Part shown: positions 12,300 to 27,840 of the stretch, piece by piece
Layout of the letters: each line of letters begins with the position of its first letter
How positions within the stretch are numbered: the stretch's first letter is position 1
From: Octopus vulgaris
Lineage: Eukaryota
Direction of reading: 5' to 3'
NCBI GenBank assembly: GCA_951406725.2
Contig: OX597816.1
Coordinates: forward strand, 103,726,001-103,790,000
DNA: 64,000 nucleotides
The notes under the pieces: model-generated
Told to the model about the DNA's origin: nothing
The model's input: the letters and a program-made list of their open reading frames with translations, nothing else
Databases searched by the model: none
Translations under genes and position numbers: made by a program

Positions 12300-15180
12300 A
12301 ATGTGATCTGGCAATATTTCTACAGCTGGATGCCCTTCCTAACATCAACCACTCTAAGAGTGTAGTGGATGCTTTTTATGTGTCACTGGCACAGGAGCCA
12401 GTCAAGCAGGCCTGGCATTGATCATGTTCAGATGGTGCTTTTTATGTTCCACCAGCACAAGAACCAGTCAGTGGGTACTGGCATCAGCCATGTTCGGTTG
12501 GTGCATTTTATGTGCCACCGGCACAGGAGCCAGTCAGGTGGACCTGATATTGACCATGTTCAGATGGTGCTTTTTACGTGCCACCAGCATGAGAGCCACT
12601 CAGGGGGCAATGGCCCCATCTATGATATTGGTTTTACTTGACTCAGTAGGTCTTCTCAAGCATATCACCCAATGCATCAGGGCTATTCTTAACAGGGCTG
12701 GACATGCATGACTGCCATCTCTCTTTAGTTGCCAGGTCTTCCCAATCACAGCATATCTCCAAAAGTCCCGGTCTCCTGTCTTTGCCTCTGTGAGGCCCAA
12801 TGTTTGAAGGTCATGCTTCACCACCTCATCCCATGTCTTTCTGGGTCTACCTCTTTCACAGGTTCCTTCTATAGTTAGGGAGTGGCACTTCCTCACACAG
12901 ATGTTTTCATTCATATGTAACACATGGCCATACCAGTGCAGTCGCCTCTCTTGCACACCATATTTGATGCTTTTTATGACCAACTTTTCTCTCAGGATGC
13001 TTACACTCTGTCGTGTATGCACACTGACATTACATATCCAACGGATCATACTAGCTTCCTTTCTTTCAAACCTATGCATGTGCTCAGCATTCATGGCCTA
13101 TGTTTCACTGCTGTTTAGCATGGCAGTTTGCACACATGCATCATATAGTCTACCATTCATGCTGAGTGAGAGGCCCTTAGTTGCCAACAGAGGTAGGAAC
13201 TCCCTGATCTTTACTCAGGCTATTCTTACTCTAGTCACTGCACTCTCAGAGCAACCACCCCCACTACAGACTTGGTTGCCTAGGTAGCGGAAGCAATTAA
13301 TTAACTACTTCTAGTTTCTCTCCCTTGTATGTGATGTGATGGAATCTGTTTTCTGTACATCTTCAGTGTTTATTGCCCCAGTGCCTCTGCTACACAAAAA
13401 AACTATTTTATCAGTTAACCTGCCTTTGATATTGCTGCACCTTTTATGTGTCCATAGCTTACACTGAGTACATCGTATGGAGTTTCTGCCCACACCTTTT
13501 CTACAGACAAGCAGGGCCATCTACCTGAAGGGGTTTGTGATTTGTCTGCCTTTCTACTTACTAAAACATTGGTTTTTGCTAGGTTAACCCTAAGGCCTTT
13601 CGATTCTAGACCTTGCTTCCACACTGTAAAGTTTGTCTCCAGTTCTGGCAGTGACTCAGCTATTGGAGCAAGGTCATCAGTATAGAAGGGTTCTCAGGGG
13701 CAGCCTGTCTGGAATTCCTCTGTTATTGCCTGGAGGGCTATAATGAATAAGAGGACTGATCCTTGGTGAAACCCTACTTCTACTCGGAATTCTTCACCAT
13801 ACTCATTGCCAACCCTCACCTTACTGACAGCATCCCTGTACAGGGCTTGTACAGATCTTACTAGTCACTGGTCTGTCTCCAGTTTCTGCATTGACCACCA
13901 GATAAGGGATCAGGGGACCCTGTCAAAAGCTTTCTCCAAGTCAACAAAAGCCAAGTACAGAGATTTATCTTTGGCTAGGCATTTCTCCTGTAGTTGCCTT
14001 ACCAGAAATATAGCATCTGCTTGGCACAAAACCAAACTGCAGCTCATCCAGGCTCTCTCCCTAATTAGTTGGGCTATGACCCTCTCTGTAACTTTCATCA
14101 CCTGATTCAACAATTTGATACCACTGTAGTTATTTCTATGTAAATCATCCCCTTTCCACTTGTAGCAGTTGACTATGGTGCAGTTACACCAGTCATCGGG
14201 TATGACTCCTTCATGAACTATCTGATTTACAATGCAGGTGACCAGACCATAATCCACACCGCCTGATATTTTAAGCATCTCAGCGGTGATTCCTGATGGG
14301 CCAGGTGCTTTCCCTGTCTTCATATCCTTAATTGCTTTTTCTACCTGGGTACTCTTGATTTGGATAGCTGGTCCCTCAATTGGGTCAACCTTTGGCAGAC
14401 TCTCCTCCTCCCATTCATTCTCTACATTCAGCAGTCTTTCATAATAGATTCTCAAAGTCTCTTTTTTTTGAAGAATCATTAAACGCAAGGGCACCTTCAT
14501 CCAAGTGGACACATTTCTCTCCTATGACAACAAGGTTTTCTCTCACATGCTGTCTTGCAATCTGAAATACTTCAGTTCTTTGGTCCTCACATGGCTGAAC
14601 ATTGGCAATCTTCTTCTTTTCTGTTACTCCCTTGGCTATATATACCTGTCTACTAGCTTCCCTTTTGGCTATCTGATACATTCACCTGCCACCCCCTCTT
14701 GCAGACCTCCGAGGCCTGTTCCCTTACTCTAATGACCCTATCTACAGTATTGGAATACCACCATATTATCCTAGGTCTGGAAGGAACTTTGCACCAGCCA
14801 CAGATTTGGTCTGTGGTACTCAGCAAGCTGTCTCGCAGGAATTCACAGCTGCCTTCTATGTCACAGGCAGCTGACTAGCAGAGTCATCTGATTGATAGAT
14901 TATCAGGGGGCTAGTTGGCTTCCGGAAGTTGGTGTTGCAGATCAATAGGTTATTTGCATCACAGAACTCCAGGAGCCTAGTTCCCTCTTCATTTCTGGTA
15001 CCAACTCCATGGCCCCCATGTACACCATGGAAGATACTAGATTGCTGAGCGATATATCCATTAAAATCCCCAACCACAAAGATGAGATCATTGTTACTCA
15101 TCTTTGAGGTAGCCTGTAGAATAATATCATAAAAGTGATCCTTCTGTTTATTTGGTAGGCCCGCTTGTGGGGCATAGGCA
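12300..15180 (-). mobile_element. RTE-clade LINE, degenerate copy of the family at 59306-63400
   Basis: Frameshifted ORF pieces (APE: GDFNG, TRLLEFC; RT: AFVDLEKAFDRVP; PHD-like insert; C-terminal RGRPRKTW) are collinear with the 1019-aa ORF. The 3' UTR carries the GGATGCCCTTCCTAAC motif. Confidence 0.95.
12366..12625. repeat. ~65-bp tandem repeat (4 units) in the RTE 3' UTR
   Basis: Units read GGTGCTTTTTATGTGCCACCRGCACAGGAGCCAGTCAG...TGGCAT..CCATGTTC. Confidence 0.85.
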
Positions 15181-15239
15181 ATCGTCTTTTTAGAAAAACG
15201 TAAATCCAGAGAAGAAGCACACTCTAAGTAGAAGAGCAA

Positions 15240-15297
<58 letters not shown>

Positions 15298-15299
<2 letters not shown>

Positions 15300-15846
15300 A
15301 TTAATATAGGATAAAATTTTTTTCGGGAAAAAATTTTATCAATGGTCAGCATATCAAAAAATGCCTTTAAAGGTAAAATTTATACATAATTTACAAGATA
15401 AGGGCAGAAGAAAAATTCTAATGCCAGATATGCCAAAACAAAAAATTTTTTTGTCGATAACCATTAAAATTTATGCGTCTCGAAACAAACCGATAGAAAT
15501 CTCTAAAAAATTCGTTATTACCGTATTGGTCTAATTTCGGGGTTAATTCATAAGAAATTTTCCCTTCTTCAGTGGCAAATACGCGAGATATAAATGAAAT
15601 ACTTACTCATACTCTTGGGTATGAGTAAGTATTTCATTTATATCTCGCGTATTTGCCACTGAAGAAGGGGAAAATTTCTTATGAATTAACCCCGAAATTA
15701 GACCAATACGGTAATAACAAATTTTTAGAGATTTCTATCGGTTTGTTTCGAGACGCATAAATTTTAATGGTTATCGACAAAAAAATTTTTTGTTTCAGCA
15801 TATTTGGCATTAGAATTTTTCTTCTGCCCTTATCTTGTAAATTATA
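15298..15846. mobile_element. Long near-perfect fold-back insert in (TA)n with a hammerhead-like motif on each arm
   Basis: Arms at ~15386-15612 and 15619-15845. The + arm reads TTGCCA-CTGAAGA-A-GGGG...CCCC-GAAA-TTAGACCAA-TA-CGGTAA (15653-15714). Confidence 0.8.
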
Positions 15847-17616
15847 TATATATATATATATAATTTAGCTGTGAAGTTACATAGGTGACTGAAAGGCCAA
15901 GAGTTTTGTGCCATCAGAATATGATGTGATAACGCAATATTTTTCAAAAATCTGCCTATTAAGAAAATGGATAGAATATATAGAATTAAATAAAATAATA
16001 GGGAGCACAATAATTCTTACAATTCTTATAATTATAAATATCACAGACATATATCAAAATTATTTTATCTTATTCATTCATTCTCTTTGTTTTTAAAAAT
16101 ATTGATTTGCACAAGGCACTTCAAAAGTGTTTTGATAGAAATATCTAGAATAATGTTTTTCCTTGTATATAAAGAGAATATTTTTGATATATAATTTAGT
16201 TTGATAAGTGTAAAACATGAAACTCTTGACCTTGAATCACTCATGTATCTCTACAGCTACTATAAGTGTGTGTGTGTGTGTGTGTGTGTTTGTGTGTTTG
16301 TGTGTGTGTGTATGTGTGTTTGTGTGTGTGTGTATGTATGTGTGTAATTATGTGGTAAAGAGGTTTTCTTCCCAATGACATGGGATCTTGTCATCTTGGC
16401 ACCTTGGCACCTTTTGAAAATCTCAGTTGATCAAAGCATTGTGAAAGGATTTCTCAACCAAAACTGTCTGACAAACAGGAATGTGAAACTCAGAGTAGTA
16501 GTTTTGTGATGTTTTTGCAGTGTTATTAATAATATATATATTATTAGTCCAGACAGCTATATGGTTAAGAAATTTGATTTTGGGTTCTGTTCCACTGTGT
16601 GTCATCTTGGACAAATGTCTTCTGCTGAAACCCATGACCAACCAAAGACCTGGGTGGGGAATTGGTAGACAAAAGCTGAGAAAACCTGTTGGAAATAAAT
16701 GTGTGTGTGCTGTTAGTCATTCAAATGAGTTGCAGTTGAATTGTGTCACTGACCATGTCATAGGTGTACAACAAAATATTTTGACACTTTATTATACGTA
16801 ATACTATGAAACAATAAAAGTGGATATAATAGTAAACAGGTTTGTGTACCTTACGTGGATGTTATGACTCTTCTTATATGTAACTCAGTTTTATCATACA
16901 GCTGGTTATATCCCTAATAAAGTATATATACCTCTGAAATATATAGTAAAAGACTCAATTTTTTTTTTTGAAGCAGTGATAAATAATATGCTTGTGCTTG
17001 TCATTGTATGAGCAGCAGATTTGTAAATGTTTGTTCTCTATCACCCAAGATGATGTTTGTTCTATATATTGGTAACCAAAGGAATCAATCTCCTGCTCAG
17101 GGTGAAGGTTTTGGTATCACAACTTTAGCCAGTTGCTTTTTTTCTTCCTTTGTTTCCTTTTTTTATTTTTTCGGTTCAGTTCAAAATGCTAATGGTATTT
17201 TTATCTATTGCACTAATCTCATTTCTTCAATACTCATTATAGCTGCATAATTTTCATTTCAGTGGACTAGCTTTTGAGGATTTTGTAGATTAATGTTGTT
17301 GTAGCCACCTATCGCCTTGCATGTAAGCTGTTGTTGGTATAGTTTTTGCCTTAGCTCTGTCATTTTTCAGTGATCCTGAAAGCCATTAGATTGAGTTGAG
17401 TTAGCTAAGTATGTGCTACAGAAGGCCTCCAAGTTCATGTAATGTTGCGTTGGATTCATGCTTTTCAGTTAATGCATATAACTCTGTTGCAAGTGGTTTG
17501 GATATATTCTTCCTATAACATCTACTTTCTGTAGTAATACCTTCAAATTATTCTTTTGTAGGCAGCTTACAATTGCCATCGTGCATTGCAAAATTTATTG
17601 AACTTGACTTATATTA

Positions 17617-17829
17617 CTCTTTACTCTTTTACTTGTTTCAGTCATTTGACTGTGGCCATGCTGGAGCACCACCTTTAGTCGAGCAAATTGACCCCAGGAC
17701 TTATTCTTTGTAAGCCTAGTACTTATTCTATTGGTCTCTTTTGCTGAACCACTAAGTTATGGGGACGTAAACACACCAGCATCGGTTGTCAAGCGATGTT
17801 GGGGGACAAACACAGACACACAAATATAT

Positions 17830-17862
<33 letters not shown>

Positions 17863-18030
17863 CATATATATGATGGGCTTCATTCAGTTTCCGTCTACCA
17901 AAACCACTCACAAGGCTTTGGTCGGCCTGATGCTATAGTAGGAGACACCTGCCCAAGGGGCCACACAGTGGGACTCAACCCGGAACCCTGTTGTTGGTAA
18001 GCAAACTACTTACCACACAGCCACTCCTGC
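17617..18030 (-). mobile_element. SINE family A (tRNA head, CORE-like segment, central microsatellite, GAGTAAA tail)
   Basis: Reverse complement of 32113-32525 over its full length. Confidence 0.9.
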
Positions 18031-18795
18031 ACCATATTGTGAAGGTTTAAATGTCATATTTCACTTATTAACCCAGTATTTCATTCAGATTAGGCCTCTT
18101 TTTTAGCTGATTAAGGTCACTACAAGTTACTGAATTTATTGACAAAAAATAATGTGAAATCAAGGGTCAAGGGCACCATTTTTCATAGCTATTGGCATAA
18201 TCAACAGTGAAAATATGGGATCGAAGCAAGCTTTGAGCCTTGTAGGAATGATACATTGATGGGGTACAAATCAGAGGTTTGACATGACAGGATTATTTTT
18301 ATGGATCTTTATTTTAGGAAACTTTATAGTCACCTAGGCAGTTTCCCCATGTTTCCACTTGTGTTCCAGTTTTATGCAGAGTCAGTCAAAGACCTGTTTG
18401 ATGTTTAGAGCTTTGACACAATATTTGATCTGTGCTTAGATAATTACTTTCTGTTTGTGAAAGGGTAATGAAAAGCTTTGGCTGTAAGACAAACTACCTG
18501 CTGTGAGTATGTATATACAAGCATAAATGTGCGTGTGTGTGTGTGGGTGTATCCATGTGAGTGTGTCATTTTGTTTTTATGTCTTTTTGCTTCTATTCAA
18601 TCTAACAAATTGGAGTCAGTAGAATATATGACTTGCTCGAGGGCTCAGCTCAGTGACTGAGTGTAGTAAGATTCAAACTTAAGACAATGTTGGACGTACT
18701 GCAATTCGACTTCACATAGCCATGGTGACTTTATATATGTATATGATGACTGTATATATATTTATTATATGTGTGTGTATATATATATACATGCA

Positions 18796-21322
<2,527 letters not shown>

Positions 21323-21324
21323 AG

Positions 21325-21382
<58 letters not shown>

Positions 21383-21439
21383 GCATACATAAATACACAC
21401 ACACATACACACACATATATATACACAAAGAACATCCAG

Positions 21440-21596
21440 TTCACTCTGGCTGGTATTTGGAAAGGCATCCAGTTAGTTGTAAAAACTGTGCCAAAAACAG
21501 ACATGAAAGTCTGCTGTAGGCTCCTGCTTGGCAAGTTCCTGTCAAACTGTCCAACCCATACCAGCATGGAGGGTAGGCTTTAAATGATGATGATGC
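21440..21596 (+). mobile_element. RTE 3'-tail fragment ending in (ATG)n
   Basis: GGAAAGGCATCCAG...CCAACCCATACCAGCATGGA...TGATGATGATG. Similar fragments occur near 28530-28695, 38355-38530, 39870-40190 (-) and 45700-45790. Confidence 0.7.
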
Positions 21597-21633
21597 ATAT
21601 GTGTGTGTCTATATATATATGTGTGTGTGTATA

Positions 21634-22006
21634 TCTCTCTCTATATAAACGGCAGTTTGTCTGTGTGTATTTCTGTGTGTCTGTTAGGTTGTACCCTCAC
21701 CCTGACCACGGCTTTCAACCGATTCTGATGAAACTTGACACACACATAGCCCAATGTCATAATTCAAAACTAACGCAGCGAAAATTTTGAAAAGTTCCCC
21801 CAGTTCTGAAAAAAATCGATAAATTCGACATGGTGTCGAGAATCAGAAACTCAAACCACAGACTGTCTAGGGGACGCAACTCGACCTTTTTAACTAAAAA
21901 AAAAAAATTACCATCATTTTTTTCCCGTTTTTTGGCTATAACTCTCTAAAAATGCTTTATAGTTATTTCCCTTACAAACCCGAGCAATGCCGGGCGATAC
22001 TCCTAG
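21634..22006 (+). mobile_element. Non-autonomous Helitron-like element
   Basis: 5' TC...TATATAAA start. A 3' subterminal hairpin CCCG-AGCAATGC-CGGG (21979-21994) is followed by CTAG|T at 22003-22007. Confidence 0.7.
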
Positions 22007-22022
22007 TATATATATATATATA

Positions 22023-22684
22023 TACGAGGTCTGATCAAAAAGTATCTGGTGAAGCTCCTTGGCAAAGATTGACCTTGAACTCTGCTGTGCATGTGCACTA
22101 AGTTTTAACATTGACAGTGCTTGGAAGGAAGGTGTGTAGTGTGTGATCATCACATTGACCATGGCAGAGAAGGTTGTCATGGCGATACCTGCACAGAGAC
22201 CTACACAAAGTTGCAGAAAGTATATGAGGAGGGTATGAGTTGCACACAAGTGTATGAGTGGTTCAGACGTTTCCAAGATAGCCATGAAAAAAGTGTTGAT
22301 ATTGACGAACGTTCTGAGAGACCCACAACCAGCAAAACTGAGAAAAGCATTGCAGATGTGTATGCAACTGTGAGGGAAAATCACTGAATCACCATCTGTG
22401 AGTTATCAGAGGATGTGCAGATTAGTTACAGTTCAGATTTGGGTATGAGATGTACAAAAACTGCTTTCTGCTCAACTTTCTTTCACATGACCAATGCAAT
22501 GATCACATGCTACGCACCTTCCTTCCAAGCACTACTGTAAACAGCAGAAATGAGCTAGAATGTTAAAACTTAGTGCATATGCACAGTAGAGTTCAAGGCC
22601 AATCTGTGCCAAGTGGCCTCACTCTGTGTGCTTTAGCTTCATTACTATGGCAACAGACTGGATACTTATTGATTGGACCATGTA
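22023..22684 (+). mobile_element. Internally deleted mariner element with long terminal inverted repeats
   Basis: TIRs TACGAGGTCTGATCAAAAAGTATC / GATACTTATTGATTGGACCATGTA, with further inverted blocks at 22060-22150 and 22499-22611. Encodes an HTH fragment QVYEWFRRFQD...DERSERPTTS. TA flanks. Confidence 0.85.
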
Positions 22685-22691
22685 TATATAC

Positions 22692-22722
<31 letters not shown>

Positions 22723-23224
22723 CACACATACATATAGACATATATGTGTGAGTGTGTGTGTATGTGTGTTTGTATGTCTATATATATTGCTTTTATATCA
22801 TTCATCTCTGTAACTTTATTTACCTCCTCTTTCCAATCAACAGCCTTTACAATCTAAGCTAATCTGTTTTGAATAACCAGTGTCTAATTATCATTCTCCA
22901 GGTACAAGCTAATAACAATTCAAATGCCTGCTTTCTTGTGATTTATTGTTTAGTGTGTACAACTGCAATTACAACAGCAAACCTATTATTACGGAAGGGA
23001 ATGACATAATATTTAAGCATACTTCTTGTTCTGTTGTTACTTGTCTAGGTTTACATTTTATTACATCTATGATTCTCTACTTTGGAGTCAGTGTTTCATG
23101 TAACCTCAGTATATCATTATTAATTAAAGCAAAACTAGAATTAATTAAATATAGTTAACATAGTAATAATGATGATAATAATAATAATAATAATAATAAG
23201 AAGAAGAAGAAGAAGAAGAAGAAG

Positions 23225-24490
23225 AAATAATTAGGAAATATTACAGAAGAGTCAGGCTGATATCAAACCTAAACATAACTCTCAAAATTTATTTGTACAG
23301 ATAGGTAAAAATATGCTGGCTATCCTAATTATACATTACAACTTCAACATTATAAACTGGAAGATTAGTCAATAGAAAAACTTAGAAAAACAAGGAAGCT
23401 TCTGATAGTGTTCTGAAACCACCACTCAAAAGCTGATTTAGAATGACTATGCATATCTTTCACACAAGGAAGGGAAGCAAGGTTTGAGACAGAAAGATAA
23501 CTACTACAAAATAACAATTTGTAGAACTAGAAAAATATTTAGAACCAGGTAAAAGGAAGCTGATAAGTATAATAAAGAAACACGCAAAATAAACAACTTT
23601 TCCTGTATATATGGGAAAGAGAAAAATAGAAACAGTTAACTAACATCACTAAAATAACAAATTTAGATAAGTCCAAAACAGCTGAAGGTATTAGAAAGAG
23701 AAAGAACAAAATCAAACGAATGTACCAAAACATATTGATGCAAAAATGGTTAGAAAACCACTCTGAGTCCAATATCTCACAATACTCCACAGCTTGGATG
23801 TAAGTGTAAGTAAAAGCCAACAATAGCTCAAAAGTTTTTGACTAAAAGCCTGAAACTGAAAGTTTGATACTGGTTTTAGAAGACTAATGGCTTGATCACA
23901 AACAACTACAAAAATAAAATGGAAAAAGAAAGTGCAAAATTCAATTGTAGACTATGGAACCCGTACATTGATTGACTACATCTCCTTCCAGACTACCCAG
24001 TCGTTGTTAAGTTAAAATGTTTTTGCAGTTGATCAAGTTTGTGGCTTAGTCCAATGGGTAATATGCCAACACTTCAATATTAAAATAGACAAGAAATTGT
24101 ATAACCATGTACTAAACATGGTATTTGACAACAACCTAACTATAATCATCTTGGATATGTCTGTTCAAATTACAAGGAGAGTAAAGCAAACTAACCAGAT
24201 ATTATAATCAAGGACTGGAAAGAAAATACATGATGATAGACAACATAATCATCGATGACCAAAATATTGTTGAAAAGGAAATGGAAAAACTACCAAATTA
24301 AAGGATATTGAAAGTAAAATTAACAGGATATGAGTCATTGAAGTAAAAACAGTACCAGTAATAATTAAAAAATATGAGCAAAATCATACGAGCCACACCT
24401 AGTTTCACAATATTAGAATATTACCTTCAGAGCAGAAAATTACTTTACTAGGTGCAGTTCATATCCTGTGCAGAGCACTTTTAATTCAAT
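23225..24490 (+). mobile_element. Degenerate R4/Dong-like non-LTR element with a restriction-like endonuclease region
   Basis: Decayed ETE.LI, C..C...I.H....P and AN.PDIII.D...ID...D.N...KE.EK motifs. Starts next to (AAT)n/(AAG)n. Confidence 0.6.
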
Positions 24491-24744
24491 AGTACAACTC
24501 ATACAACACACCCTCTGCACATAAAACATTCTGTGCAATAAGCACCTAATAAAATAAATCAACTAAAGCTGCACATATCATACATAATCATTACCCAACA
24601 AAATGAAACAGCATTGTCCTATATCACTGATAACTGGCACTATGCTGCTGATAATTCACACAACTGTCATTCTCACACAACCTCTGTACATTAATGCTAC
24701 ATAAACCGTGCTTGATATAGTGTGCATGATAATAATAATAATAA

Positions 24745-24960
24745 TGGTTTAAAATTTTGTCACAAGGGCAGCAGTTTTGGGGGAGGGGATGGGTTGATTA
24801 CATCAACCCCAGTGTTAAACTGGTTCTTTTTTAATCGACCCCCAAAAGGATGAAAGGTAAAGTTGACCTCAGTGGAATTTAAGCTCAGAATGTAGCAATG
24901 GGCAAAATACCGTTAAGTATTCTGTTCAGCACGCTAATGATTTTACCAGCTCACCACCTT
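24745..24960 (-). mobile_element. SINE family C with an (ATT)n-ending tail
   Basis: Same head and core as 42684-42909 (GAAAGGTAAAGTTGACCTC...CTCAGAATG) but a different 3' tail. Further copies at 25553-25758 and 26072-26287. Confidence 0.8.
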
Positions 24961-25779
24961 GCATGACAATAATAATAACAACAACAACAACCACAACAAT
25001 AATAGGCATTCATGGCTTCTGATCTTAACTGATTGGAAGTGTTATAATGTACATTGTTTTGTTTTGGTATAAAAATGGGCTACAGCAAATATTCTGCTCA
25101 ATTCCACAGATTTGCTTGTCAGTTGTTTGACCTTAACCAATTGAGCATGTCCCTTAGTAGCTGACGATATGTGCATCTCTGATCACTAGCAGAAGTGGTG
25201 AGGGAGCATCATAGCCATGTGTTGAGAGGAATTCTTTGGGGTTTTGATAATTCAACTCTAGAAACATGGGTATTTAGTTCAACATCCTTAAACAACCCTT
25301 ATTCAGGGACCTTTTGAACGGGATGGGTTACTCAACCAGAAGAAAATTTTAACTGGGCTCCACCTGCAAGGTTATGTGCAATTTATCTTGATATGAGATC
25401 AGCATGTCGCGCACATATGGTTGTGATGCATGTGCCTGGTGTACCCTTATCAGATGGGTAGTCATGGTGGGTATACTGGGCTTCATATATTTTACCCCAC
25501 TATCACTTTGATGGCATGCACTGCTCTCTCACTCAATAATAATATAATGATAATGATTTCAAATTTTAACACAAGACCTGCAGTTTTGAGGGTGAAGGTA
25601 AGTCAATTACATCAGCCTCAGTGCTCAACTGGTACCTATTTCATTTACTCCAAAAGAATGAATGGTAAAGTTGACCTCAGTGGGATTTGAACTCAGAATG
25701 TACAGATAGACAAAATGCCACTAAGCATTTTGCACAGTATGTTAATGTTTCTGCTAGCAAAAATTTAGTTTAAAAACTG

Positions 25780-26039
25780 TAAAGGTTGTGTCTAATAATA
25801 ATTGGTGCTTCGGGAACTGTAAGTAAAGATAGACAAATGGTTGAAGGAGATTGGAATAGAATGTCCTGTAGAGCTTGTGCTGAAAGTTTGCCTCTTAGGG
25901 ACAGGAAAGATTATCAGGAGGATCTTAAGCACTTGAAAGACTATTGAAAGCTTGTGGATTCCTAAAGTTACAGATAGTAACCTGCTACTCACATAAATTC
26001 TACGAGGATTAAGAATAAACCTGAGTCAAATAAATAATT

Positions 26040-26072
<33 letters not shown>
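25780..26072 (+). mobile_element. 3' end of an R4/Dong-like element with an (AAT)n tail
   Basis: KVV.IIIGASGTV...KVCLLGTGKIIRRILST* followed by a short UTR and (AAT)n. Confidence 0.65.
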
Positions 26073-26074
<2 letters not shown>

Positions 26075-26629
26075 CCTTTCTAGTGAAAGCACAAGGCCTA
26101 AAAATTAGGAGGAGGGTACTAGTCGATTACATCGATCCCAGTGTTTTATTGGTACTTAATTTATTGATCCCAAAAGGATGAAAAGCAAAGTCAACCTTGG
26201 TAGAATTTCAACTCAGAATGTAGCAATGAGCGAAATACCACTAAGCATTTTGTCCAGTGTGCTAACGACTCTGCCTGCTCACTGCCTTTTCTCTGCCAGC
26301 TTGTCACATTACTCTGCTAGCTCGCTGCCTTAAGAAGAAGAATGATAATTTCTAAATTAGGCACAAGGCCATCCATTTTGAGGAAAAGGGTTAGTCAGTA
26401 TTATTGCCCCCTGAATGATTCAGCACAGAATGTAAAAAGCAGGAACAAATATCACCAGGCATTTTTTCTAACTTGCTTATGATCCTGCCAATCCAACACC
26501 CTCAAATACTACTACACTTCTGCCGCTGCTACTGCTGCCACAGCCCTCACAACCACCACTGCTACTACTGCCCTCACTTCTACTACTGATGATGATGATG
26601 GTGATGATGATTTCTATAAATACCTAGGC

Positions 26630-27355
26630 ATGGATGATAGTATAAGTGTGTTGTTTGAAGGCTGTGCCAAAGCAATGAGAAATGAATATTTGAGTGTCAA
26701 AATATTTTCAAAAATCCATTTCGGTTGCAAGGCAACCATGTGTACCATGAAGACATTTGCAGTGTCAGCCATAACAGATGGTTCTGTAATGTTGGGTTGG
26801 AGCATGTCTAGATTCTATAGACTGTAATATTAAAAATCTATTTAAATAAAATATCATATACCACATAGTAATCCTGACATCCAGTGACTATACATCCTTC
26901 AAAAGAGGTGGTAGGCGTCTATTGAGTTTCAAGGAGCAGTTTCAGAAGATAGTTATTAATGTTGCCTCCTACCTTTCTGATAAATGTGAAATCCTGCTAC
27001 AAAGCCTTGTTGACTATGACCATACAGCACATAGTGGATTTATTATCTACAGAGCAAGAAAATTCTTCTAAGAAATTGGATTAGGTTTCAAACTATTAAT
27101 TTCTAAATTGATTATTAGCAGTAAAAAAGCTGATATGCTGTTGGTATACAAAATGACTTGGTGAACAATCATGAAAGTGTGCTTTTACTTTGCCAATAAC
27201 TTTGTGGACTGAATATAAGACTTGACTTGGAAGAAAAAAATCCAGATTGAATGAGATAGCAAAAGGAACAATATTCATCATGAAGGAACACCCTATCTCC
27301 ACAAGATATAATGAAAGAAATGTTTAGATGATAAATAGCAACTGTGTTGTGCATT
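26630..27355 (+). mobile_element. Highly decayed R4/Dong-like RT C-terminal fragment
   Basis: TFAVSAI..GS...W and H...DI..LYI..K.GGR.L-like remnants. Confidence 0.45.
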
Positions 27356-27399
27356 TGATGAAGTTATATATATATATATATATATATATGTATCATGGA

Positions 27400-27657
27400 C
27401 TTTCCCACTAGAGACGGTGTGTAAGTGTTTAGCTTTTGCCAAATGACTTGCAGTGCTGTACATTAGCTCACTCCTTCCATCAAATCAATGTTGCCAGAAC
27501 AGGTGCATGGTGTACCACATGTCAGTCATTGAAGTGATGGCAGAGCAACATGTGATGAAGTGTTTTGCTCAAGAACACAATACACCATCCAATCTAGTAA
27601 TTGAAACCACGATCTTGTGATTGTGAATGCAACACCCTAACCACTAGGCTGTGCACC
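27400..27657 (-). mobile_element. tRNA-derived SINE with a family-B-like head
   Basis: Reverse complement begins GGTGCACAGCCTAGTGGTTAGGGTG...GGTTTCAATT...TCTTGAGCAAAACACTT. Confidence 0.6.
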
Positions 27658-27663
27658 CTCACT

Positions 27664-27740
27664 ATCCTTCCTTCCTTCCTTCCTTCCTTCCTTCCTTCCT
27701 TCCATCCATCCATCCATCCATCCATCCATCCATACATCCA

Positions 27741-27800
<60 letters not shown>

Positions 27801-27840
27801 CATACACACATGCGTACACACATACACACATACATATACA
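27664..27840. repeat. Compound microsatellite (TTCC)n-(ATCC)n-(ATAC)n-(AT)n
   Basis: Directly visible. Confidence 0.95.

Noticed and set aside
12366-12625. Regularly spaced ~65-bp repeats resembling a CRISPR array
   Set aside because: The whole unit is homologous with no unique spacers, it lies in a LINE 3' UTR, the context is eukaryotic and there are no cas genes.
21323-21567. N-terminal part of the 343-aa ORF 20536-21567
   Set aside because: It is read-through from an RTE-tail fragment and (TA)n. Penelope homology starts only near 21322.
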